Below, piece after piece: positions 53,808 to 64,000 of a stretch of DNA of 64,000 bases (within the stretch, counting starts at the first letter, position 1; each line of letters opens with the position of its first letter). The notes beneath the pieces are model-generated. The model worked only from the letters and a program-made list of their open reading frames with translations. It ran no database searches and had not been told where the DNA came from. The stretch is taken from NCBI RefSeq assembly GCF_001194135.2, contig NC_068983.1, positions 23,312,261-23,376,260 on the forward strand, read 5' to 3'. The position numbers and the translations under genes were made by a program. The stretch is from Octopus bimaculoides. Taxonomy: Eukaryota.

Positions 53808-53834
53808 CTCGTATATATCCTCCTCGCTGGACAT
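53808..53834 (-). CDS. Chromodomain-RS-TM gene, coding exon 1 (MSSEEDIYE)
   Basis: ATG in an AAAAATG context, 9 codons, canonical donor GAG|gtaagt, phase 0. Joined to exon 2 it gives the chromodomain start IYE-IGAVLKDR (cf. YEVEKILDKR). Confidence 0.8.
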
Positions 53835-54248
53835 TTTTCAAATATAGTGCTTTCCCATCATTCACAGCAGTTAATGGCATAAGCTTTATATTCCATCGAT
53901 GACCTAATTCAAATTTTCTACTGCTGGTTTGTAATCAAGATTGTCTGACAATTGCGTTATGAACCCATTTCTCCAATTTAAATATACATATTTATTTATA
54001 CACACACATTTGCTAGTAGAAAATTTAAAGTAGGGGGAAATATTTTTGTCAATTCAGTAAATTTCTACCAACGCGTTTATTATGTATTTCTCTTTATAAA
54101 GGCCTTTGTTTTTGTTTTTTTGCTGTTGTATATATTTAATTCGNNNNNNNNNNAAAAAAAAAAAAAAAAAAAAAAGGAAATACCAAATATTGAATTTTGT
54201 TCTTAGACATGTGCTATACCTTCAAAGGCTATTTTATTAGAATTGAAT

Positions 54249-54436
54249 GGATCTATTTTAAAACGGGGGCGCCAGTTTTCATTTATGTTTTATATAGTGT
54301 TTTTGGTACGGAAAGACTTTCAAACTTCCTATACTTATCTATTTTGGGATCTATTTTAAAACGGGGGCGCCAGTTTTCATTTATGTTTTATGTAGTGTTT
54401 TTGGTACGGAAAGACTTTCAAACTTCGTAACCCTAA
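54249..54436. mobile_element. Tandemly duplicated left end (~98-bp period) of the GGATC-TIR MITE
   Basis: GGATCTATTT(T)AAAACGGGGGCGCCAG... occurs at 54249 and 54347, followed by TAACCCTAAC. Confidence 0.8.
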
Positions 54437-54469
54437 CTACATTCCTGGCTTATAATAATCCTTTCTACT

Positions 54470-55165
54470 AAAGGCACAAGACCTGGAATTTTGTGGGAGG
54501 GGACTAGACGATTACATCAACCCCAGTGTTTCACTGGTACTTAATTTATCGACCCTGAAAGGATGAAAGCAAAGTCAACCTCGGTGAAATTTGAACTCAG
54601 AATGTGAAAACAAACAAAATACTGCTAAGCATTTTGCCTGGCATGCTACTGATTTTGCCAGCATACCTAATAATAGTAATGGTTTCAAATTTTGTTACAA
54701 GGCTAGTTTGGGGGAGGGGGTAAGTTGATTACATTGACCCCTGTACTCAACTGGTACTTATTTTATCGACTCCAACTTATAATAATAATGATAGTAGTAA
54801 TTACATTCTGAGTTCAAATCCCACCAAGGCCAACTTAGCCTTTCTTCCTTTTGAGATTAATAGAATAAAGAGGCAATGTAATTGACTAACCCCTTCCTCC
54901 ATAAAAATTTCTGGCCTTGTGCCAAGAATTGTAACTGATGTTATAATCATCATCTTCATCATTAAGATAGTAAGCTGGCAGAATTGTTAGCACAGGGAGA
55001 ATGTTTAGCGGCATTTCACCCATCCTTACATTCTGAGTTCAAATGCTGTCGACTTTGCCTTTCATCCTTTTGGGGGTCATTAAAAATGAGTACCAGTTGA
55101 ATACTGAGGTTGATATAATTGATTTACCTCCTCCCCCCAAATTACTGGCCTTGTGCCAAAATTTG
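54470..55165. mobile_element. Cluster of the ~210-bp SINE-like repeat (minus copies, then plus copies)
   Basis: GAGCTGGCAGAAT..TTAGCA...GAGTTCAAAT...AATAAGTACCAG unit, also at about 4570, 9760, 44415 and 45620. Confidence 0.75.
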
Positions 55166-57039
55166 AAATCATCATTATTATTATTTTTATTAAGGTGATA
55201 GATATTTAGCAGAATTGCTTAAATACCAAACAAAATGCCTTCTGGTATATCAATATGTCAATTTATATTCCAAATTCAAATCTTGCAAGAGCTGATAAAA
55301 TAAGTTTGAGTCAATTATGCCACTTCTCCAATATTTATAACTTTGTGTCAATAAATCATTATGAAATTTAACATTGACCATTAGCATTTTATATTTCTGA
55401 TCTGGAAGTATGAAAGTTAAAGATGATATCTGGGATTTGAAATCAGAAAATAAAGAGCTGCAATTAAATACTGCAAGGAATTTTGTCCAATTATTAATCC
55501 CTATGATACCAATCTACTTAAGGTCAGCCCTGGTTTCATGATTTACATTTAACATTTTAAAGTGATCTAAATTAAATCTGTCCATTAAAATTTCATGTTA
55601 ATTCATGTTCAAAACCCAATATGATAATGAAATAATTACTTTACTAAATTCTTCATAATTTTCAAAATTAATTGAAACACAGGTAATGTATTTTGACAGA
55701 AATATGGTAACAAAAGGGCTAATATTAGAAGAAGGTGATAGGTGTCGCACAATCAATAGAGTCCTGAGAAAAATGCCCTACAACATTATTTAGTTACAAC
55801 AGTGTCTATTTATACTTTGAGTTTAAATCTTATAGGTGTTAACTCTGCTTTTGCTCAGTCAAGGACTGAGATCTATTTAGTTGACTGTACACAAAGTGGG
55901 AGTTGAACTGGTACATTGGTCCAGAGCCCAGAGAGCCATTGAGAACTTATGAATGTAATGGGCCCTTCCCTAAAAGATTAAGTTTCACAGCCCGCTTGAA
56001 TTTTGAGTGGAACCTCCTCTCCTGCCATCATGAGGTCCAAAAGGAGTTTTGTTTCACCTTGAAGTATTTTTCTTGGAGGCCCTAACTGTGCTCTTGTGCC
56101 AAATTAGAAGAAGGCACTGGATGTAACACAATTGATAGAACTCATTTGTGACAATGTTCAGTATGTGAAATCATCCTGGATAATTTAGACATTGGTTGAT
56201 GAAATGAGTGATCAGTGTCCTAGATATTAGAGTAGCTACCAGATCCTTCTCTCATTATTTATTAGGATGTTCCTAAGTCAGTGTGTTAGAGAGCAAATAA
56301 ATTTGAATTGGCTTGTTTGTTGGCATGTAAGTTTTAAGAAGAAATTTAGATATTTTGCCAAATTTTGACCAGTTGTTTTAATTTATCTTTTCGAATACCA
56401 CCACCACTACCACCACCACCATTACTCTTTTAACATTCATTTTTCCATGCATGTATAGGTTGGCCAGAGTTTACTGCCCTTGTTGTTGCCAACCCTCACT
56501 TGTTTCCAAGCAAGGTAATATTTCCCCATGGCCAGACATGTTTCTTCAGGATGCTGAAAATGAATGATATTGCTTGTATGACAGTGACACCCGCTTACAA
56601 CTCTTATATGATATGAAGTCAAGGAGACACAAACATACATATATATATGCATACACACATATATACATACATATATGCACACATACACACACACACGTGT
56701 GTGTATACAACAGTCTTCTTTCAGTTTCTGTCAATAAAATTCATTCACAAGGTTTTGGTTGCCCTGGGGTCTAAAGTAGAAAATGTTTGCCGATTGTACC
56801 ACACAGTAGGACTGAACCTGAAACCATCTGGCTGTGAAGTAAACTTCTTAACCACACAGCCATGCCTGATTAACTTAATTTTAACAAGCTGTTCTCATTT
56901 AATTAATGCCAGTTGTACTGTTGCTTTGATGATCCACTAAATTTTTGTCAAACACAAATGTGTTATATTTAGGACACCCATGTGTTACACTCATATTTTT
57001 TCTTTTCCTCGTACACAGAACTAACTCATGGTTAATATT

Positions 57040-58280
57040 ATATGTGGGAGAATATACAAATAATAACAACAGACGAGGACAGGTGGTGTAAATAACAAAA
57101 GTATATATTAGTATGACGCTCGGGAATACGGAAAGTCTTTGACGTTTCGAGCTACGCTCTTCAACAGAAAGAATACGGAGACAAGGAGAAAAACACGGAG
57201 AAAAAAAATTGAATAGTGTTCAGTCAACGGTCAATCATAATAATGGCCGATCATAACAATGACTGACCGGAAGTTAGAAATTCTTATTTCAGGAGAGCTA
57301 AGAAAGGGGGAGATAACAAACGGTGATCGGTAGAATGCTGGTGATCTTGACGTATGTAGTGTGAAAATGGGGAAGGGAGAAAGGGAGAAAGTANNNNNNN
57401 NNNNNNNNNNNNNNNNNNNNNNNNNNNNNNNNNNNNNNNNNNNNNNNNNNNNNNNNNNNNNNNNNNNNNNNNNNNNNNNNNNNNNNNNNNNNNNNNNNNN
57501 NNNNNNNNNNNNNNNNNNNNNNNNNNNNNNNNNNNNNNNNNNNNNNNNNNNNNNNNNNNNNNNNNNNNNNNNNNNNNNNNNNNNNNNNNNNNNNNNNNNN
57601 NNNNNNNNNNNNNNNNNNNNNNNNNNNNNNNNNNNNNNNNNNNNNNNNNNNNNNNNNNNNNNNNNNNNNNNNNNNNNNNNNNNNNNNNNNNNNNNNNNNN
57701 NNNNNNNNNNNNNNNNNNNNNNNNNNNNNNNNNNNNNNNNNNNNNNNNNNNNNNNNNNNNNNNNNNNNNNNNNNNNNNNNNNNNNNNNNNNNNNNNNNNN
57801 NNNNNNNNNNNNNNNNNNNNNNNNNNNNNNNNNNNNNNNNNNNNNNNNNNNNNNNNNNNNNNNNNNNNNNNNNNNNNNNNNNNNNNNNNNNNNNNNNNNN
57901 NNNNNNNNNNNNNNNNNNNNNNNNNNNNNNNNNNNNNNNNNNNNNNNNNNNNNNNNNNNNNNNNNNNNNNNNNNNNNNNNNNNNNNNNNNNNNNNNNNNN
58001 NNNNNNNNNNNNNNNNNNNNNNNNNNNNNNNNNNNNNNNNNNNNNNNNNNNNNNNNNNNNNNNNNNNNNNNNNNNNNNNNNNNNNNNNNNNNNNNNNNNN
58101 NNNNNNNNNNNNNNNNNNNNNNNNNNNNNNNNNNNNNNNNNNNNNNNNNNNNNNNNNNNNNNNNNNNNNNNNNNNNNNNNNNNNNNNNNNNNNNNNAGGA
58201 ATCGGAGCAGGAGGTGGGGGAGGGGAGAGATGGGTGGTAGGAGGGAGGGTGGGGGAGAGAGACAGGAGGAGGGGGTTATT
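57040..58280. mobile_element. Penelope-like element terminal region spanning an N gap
   Basis: Hammerhead motif at 57136-57172 and purine-rich flanks; related to 18190-18280 and 61960-62070. Confidence 0.55.
57136..57172 (-). ncRNA. Minimal hammerhead ribozyme-like motif (CUGUUGA core variant)
   Basis: TCTTT-CTGTTGA-A-GAGC gta GCTC-GAAAC-GTC-AAAGA. Confidence 0.65.
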
Positions 58281-58285
58281 GCTAA

Positions 58286-59572
58286 AGCAGCGAGCTGGCA
58301 AGAACATTAACATGCTGGGCAAAATGCTTAGCAGTATTTCGTCCATCTTCACATTCTGAGTTCAAATTTTTCTGAGGCTGACTTAGCCTTTCATCCCTTC
58401 GGGGTCAATGAAATAAGTACCAGTTAAACACTGGAGTCGATATAATCGACTTACCCCCTCCCTTGAAGTTGCTGGCTTTTGTGCCAAAATTTGAAAACAA
58501 TATTAGATACATTGCCGCCAGGCAATGAGCTGAGAGAATCATTAGCACACCGGCCAAAATACTTAGCAGCATTTTATCCATCTTTATGTTTTGAGTGCAA
58601 ATTCTGCCGAGGTCAACTTTGCTTTTTATCCTTTCAAGGTTGATAAAATAAGTACCAGTCAAACACTTGGGTCAGTGTAATTGACTTACACACTCTCCTG
58701 AAATTGCTGGCCTAGTGCCAAAATGTGAAACCAATAGTCTATATATTAGGAATAATTATGATAATCCTCAATAAAGCATCTTGATGTATATTAACTATTT
58801 CACACTTTGTATTTTCAGAAGTAATAATGGCAAAGAATATGGAAACATAACAGATCTAAACTTATAGTTTTTTTAATCACAGCTAATTAGTGGTTAGGAT
58901 GGGTATTAGCTTATTAGCCAATGAATCTAGTTTTGGTACAAATCCAGCAATTTGGTGGGAAAGGGTAAACCAATTACATTGACTCCAGTACTCAGCTGGT
59001 ACTGTATCATATTGAATGTATGAAAGGCAAAGTCGACCTCGGCAGTATTTGAACTTGGAATGCAAAGAGGCAGAAGAAATGCTACTAAGCTTTTTTTCTC
59101 TGGTACAGTAATGATTCCACCAGCTCACTGCTTTTATAAATGATTTCAAATTTTGACACAAGGTCAACAATTTTAAAGAAAGGAGTTAAGTACATTATAT
59201 CGACCCCAGTGCTGATCTGGCACTTATTTTATCAGCTCTGAAAGGATGAAAGGTAAAGTCAACCATGGCAGAATTTAAACCCAGAACATAAACAGCTGGA
59301 AGGAATACTGCTAAGCATTTTGTCTGATGCATTAACGATTCTGCTAGTTTGCCACCTTTAAAATTGTTTCAGATTTTGGTAAAAGATCAGCAGTTTTAAA
59401 GTAGGGAGTTCGTCAATATCATCAACCACATTACTTGACTGGTACTTTATTCTATTGACTCCAAAAGGATGAAAGGCAAAGTTGATCCTGGTGGAATTTG
59501 AAATTAGAACAATGAATAAGAAAAAATGCCATTAGGCATTCTGATTCATGCTCTAATGATTCTGCCAGCTCA
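58286..59572. mobile_element. Array of five ~210-bp SINE-like copies (2 plus, then 3 minus)
   Basis: Units at about 58286, 58519 (+) and 58930, 59143, 59365 (-). Confidence 0.8.
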
Positions 59573-62180
59573 AGAAAATATTACATATTACAAATTCAAT
59601 GTGAATTAGATGAATCACTAAAGCATACTTCATATAAATTATTTAGTTTCATTTCTTTAACAGTATATGTTAGATAATGTGGATGTAATGAATCGATTGT
59701 CTTTTATTTCATTAAGAAAATTAGGTTGTTAGCAATGGATCAAAATAGCTTGAGAAAATTTGAAAATATAGCACAGCATGAAAACAAAAGCAGTTATAAC
59801 AAAGTTTATATTAACATGAATATTTATAAGAAAATTAATGGGCAACGGAAAATACTTCAAATGATAATGTATGATTGGTATTTTTGTTATAATGTATGCA
59901 TATGTGAGGTAATATATGCATACGTATACATATATACATATATATACATACACATATACACGCACACACATATATACCAGCAGTCTAACCCATGCCAGCA
60001 TGGACAACAAACATGAAATGATGATGATACACAACACACACACACATGCACATACACACACACATGCACACACACCACACACACACATATATATATATAA
60101 TATATGTGTGAGAAAATGTTGTTTTCATATTTTTGGCATATGTATGTATATGTGTGAGAGCTTCTTTGTTTTTCTCTTACATACATACTGACAAACACGT
60201 GTGTGTGTGTATTACTATGTATGTCTATAAGAGAATGTCTTTGCAATCTCTATCAGGTGGCATGGCATGTGAGTGAGAGCATTCTCTTACATAAATATGG
60301 TGAGAGTGTATGTGTCAGAAAATGGCTTTTTCTTTTTGTCATACAGTCCACAGAGAACCACACAGCACTGCAAAACTTTCTGCTTATATGAATGAGTACA
60401 TAGCTTTTTATAAGGAACTATAAGCTGAAAGCATTCTATTTAAAAAATGAATTGCACTAAAATGAAACAGTCTGGGTGGCTGAGAATGTAGGTCTTACAA
60501 TATTCATGTAGATAAGTTCCTACAAAGTTTTAGAAAATTTTCTTTGAAGTTTATCTATAAGGCACAGGCATAGCTGAGAGGTTACAAGGTATTTTTTTTT
60601 TTTTGCAATCACATGGTTTTCGGTCCAGTTCCACAGTGCAGCACCTTGTTCAAGCGTCTTCTACTATAACCTCAGACTGACCAATGCCTTATGAGTGAAT
60701 TTATATATATATATATGCCTGGCCCATTCAGCCATCATCACTACATTGTATCTGCACTTGAAGCACTTAACTCATACCTTCAGGGTGGGTGTGCTATAAT
60801 TCTCTACTTTAAGGAGTGACTACATCATAAAATTAAGAGAAGGTATGTAGTTTGATGGTTAGGTCATTTAACTCATGATCAAAGGGTCATGAGTTTGATT
60901 CCTGGTGGCACATTGTGTCCTTGAGCAAGATACTTTATTTCACATTGCTCCAATCCATTCAGCTGTCAACCTTGTCACATTCTGTGTCATGCAGAATCTC
61001 CTTGAGAACAATGTTATGGGTATGTCTGTGGTGTGCTCAGCCACTTAAATGTTAATTTCATAATCAGGCTGTTTTGTTGATCAGATCAACTGGAACACTC
61101 ATTGTTGTAACCCACAGAGTGCTAGTTACATGATGAAATTCATTATTGGTTCTTTGCGTTTATAGAGAGAAGTGATTCTTCCCTGGAAAAAAGAATTATC
61201 TCTAATGAAACTGCATTCAATCTATCAAGAAATTTGCTTCTTTTCAATCCCTTAACATCATAGAAACTGAAGATATAAAGCAATCTAGGGTACCATTGGG
61301 ATTCGTGAATTATATATGACCAAATAAACTTAAAGAGTTAGTAGCTAAAATTAAACCATATCAGCAAAGACTTTTAACTCACCACTGAGTCCAGTAAAAC
61401 TAATTATAGAAATATATTTTTTTACGGAGATGTACTTGCATAGCAAGTGACCTGATCTGAGATCGTGTGCTGGAACGAAAACAATTGCAGCATGGAAGGT
61501 TTTTATAAGACATTTAAGAAACACACAAAAAACGTTAGATTCACTTCAACATTTAAATTTAATTTGCCAAAATATTTTTGTCGCTTTGAGACCGCGACCT
61601 GATCACTGACAAAGTTCTGTGCTGCATATATATTTTTTTTATTATTATAGTATTCCAAAATTTGGCTATTATTGGTTTATTGGTAATATTGATGGTATAT
61701 ATTAATGTAGAACTCATAGGGAAAGGCTGTTCATCATAGCTTGTAAATTAGACGTTAAAAAATACAATAAAACCATAATAGAGGCACAGGTGAGGTTGTG
61801 TGGCTAAGAAGTTTGCTTTCCAACCACATGGTTTTGGGTTCAATTCCACTAATGGTATTTTGGGCAAGTGTCAACCAAAGCTTTGTGAGCGGATTTGGCC
61901 AATAGAAACTGGAAGATGCCCACTGTATGTACTCACACACATGGTTCAAATGTACAGAAAACAAAAAACAGACAGGTGAGGGAACAAGAAGCTGGTGTAT
62001 TAGTTTGATGCTCAGGAGAAATGGAGGAATCTTTAATGTTTTGAACCTCCATTTTCCAACAGAAGGGGTGAAAGGAAAAAAAAAAGAAAATGGAGCGAGA
62101 GAGAGACAAAAAAACTCAAAAGAGAAAAATAACATATCAGGGTTACTGGTTCCACATGTTGAAATGCATATATATATATA

Positions 62181-62660
62181 TATCATCATCATCATCGTCG
62201 TCGTCGTTTAACATCTGCTTTCCATGCTAGCATGGGTTGGACGATTTGACTGAGGATTGGTGAAACCAGATGGCTACACCAGGCTCCAATCTGATTTGGC
62301 AGAGTTTCTACAGCTGGATNNNNNNNNNNTTGGTGAAACCAGATGGCTACACCAGGCTCCAATCTGATTTGGCAGAGTTTCTACAGCTGGATGCCCTTCC
62401 TAACGCCAACCACTCAGAGAGTGTAGTGGGTGCTTTTACGTGCCACTGGCACGAAGGCCAGTCAGGTTGTACTGGGAATGGCCATGCTCAAAATGGTGTA
62501 TTTTATGTGCCACCCGCACAAGAGCCAGTCCAGGGGCACTGGCAACGATCTCGCTTGAAAGTCCTTACACATGCCGCGGGCACAAGTGCCAGAAAGGCGA
62601 TGCTGGCACAGGTGCCATCACGATTTCGCTTTCGCTTGCCTCAATAAGTCTTCGCAAATA
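62181..62660 (-). mobile_element. RTE 3' UTR and tail
   Basis: Match to 16748-17200. Confidence 0.85.
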
Positions 62661-63007
62661 TATATATATATATATATTACTCTTTTACTCTTTAATTTGT
62701 TTCAGTCATTTTAACTGCGACCATGCTGGAGCACCACCTTGAGTCAAACAAACCGACCTCAGGTCTTATTCTTTGTAAGCCTAGTACTTATTCTATTGGT
62801 CTCTTTTGATAAAATGGATGATGATAAAATGACAAAGATAATGATCATTATCATTATTATTTTAGTAATTATATAAGCAGCAACTGAAAATTATAAGTAT
62901 ATGAAATTAAAAAATAAAAATACAAATCACAATGACAATAATCTGAAGTTTATTCTGCTGTCACTGTGGTGGCTCCTGGTACAGGCCACCTACTCCAGTC
63001 CTTTCTT

Positions 63008-63586
63008 GGATGTTTTTTAAAACGGGGGCCACATTTTTCATTAACGAAACACTTTGAAACTTGGAACACTGGTAGAATGTGTCATATAAAACATCTTTTT
63101 CTCTTAGTCTTCTTAAAAAAAAAAGAAATCCATAAGTTATTCCATGTTAAAGTTGTCGTATTTCTGTAATTTCAACCAATCACTGACGTCCATTCAGCCG
63201 ATATACATTAAGTGCCGACTACATAAACAAACGATTCTGAAACAATTAACCCTAACCCTAACCCTAACCCTAACCCTAGGGTTAGGGTTAGGGTTAGGGT
63301 TAAAGCAAATTTAAAATGAAAAAAGCAAATAAAACGAAGGTATGGAGATTAAATACGCTTTACATCGCTTAATCAGCCAAAGGAGTAAATATAAACAACT
63401 GAATAGTGATTGGTTGAAATTATCGAAATAAGACAATTTTTTACATGAAATAAATTCGAATACAAAAATATTTTTCTGTTCTATAACACAAAATAGATAA
63501 GTATACGAAGTTTGAAAGTCTTTCGGTACCAAAAACACTACGTAAAACATTAATGAAAAATGTGGCCCCCGTTTTAAAATAGATCC
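63008..63586. mobile_element. GGATC-TIR MITE (Merlin-like) containing a telomeric-repeat palindrome
   Basis: Same TIRs as 20622-21215 with the interior in opposite orientation; perfect TSD CCTTTCTT at 63000-63007 and 63587-63594. Confidence 0.88.
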
Positions 63587-63599
63587 CCTTTCTTTTCTG

Positions 63600-63870
63600 A
63601 GTACCAACCCTCTGGAATTTTCTTTGACTCATATATCCATCCTGCTGTGGATTATTGACCTTGATCCTTTTTTAGTTGGCCTTTCCAAACATCTGAATAG
63701 GCCAGAGTTGACCTTATGTCTCAGTATACTGAAAATGCTACAGGCCAAAATTCTACCAGGACACCTGATGAAGGCTTGAGAGTAAACCAGCCGAAACGTG
63801 GTAACGACAAACAAGATGAGAACACATGTCCATCCAATGTAAATAATGTAAATAATGTAGAGAATTCTAC
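63600..63870 (+). mobile_element. Penelope-like 3' terminal region with a hammerhead core
   Basis: CTGATGA (63765-63771), GGCT...AGCC stem, GAAAC (63793-63797). Confidence 0.6.
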
Positions 63871-63929
63871 ATCTCAAAAATATAGAACAGTATTCACATA
63901 AAGAATCTTGCAAACCAAGTACAAAAATA

Positions 63930-63993
<64 letters not shown>

Positions 63994-64000
63994 GTTGTGT

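Noticed and set aside
57231-58359. Long ORFs spanning N runs (also 7622-8402 and 15641-16102)
   Set aside because: Artefacts of translating assembly gaps.
62258-62400. Direct ~62-bp duplication around a 10-N gap
   Set aside because: Typical unmerged contig-overlap artefact.
63247-63303. Ancestral telomere-telomere fusion site
   Set aside because: Wrong repeat polarity, very short, and inside a TSD-flanked MITE.
1-64000. CRISPR arrays or prokaryotic systems
   Set aside because: Sequence is eukaryotic with spliceosomal introns; no repeat-spacer array was seen.

Overview
AT-rich, repeat-dense animal genomic DNA with six N-gaps. The SINE, RTE and MITE families look like those of octopod cephalopods (probably Octopus; recognised from memory, not searched). 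Two intron-containing genes lie on the minus strand. (1) A complete 4-exon gene (ATG 53834, stop 29918) encodes a predicted 274-aa protein: an N-terminal chromodomain with an intact Y/W/F aromatic cage, an RS-repeat basic tract, a long acidic low-complexity linker and one C-terminal transmembrane helix. This is the architecture of a membrane-anchored methyl-lysine reader and a candidate heterochromatin/nuclear-envelope tether. (2) The first six coding exons (273 codons, ankyrin repeats) of a TRPA1-like channel, which runs off the left edge. The rest is mostly transposon debris: Tc1, pogo, hAT, piggyBac-like and Merlin-like MITEs, RTE, Tx1/L1, Penelope-like elements with minimal hammerhead motifs, and tRNA-derived SINEs. 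A TRPA1 intron also holds an LTR fragment whose tRNA-Trp primer-binding site is fused directly to a ~105-nt 18S rRNA fragment. No CRISPR array and no intact tRNA or rRNA gene were seen. All homology calls are by eye.
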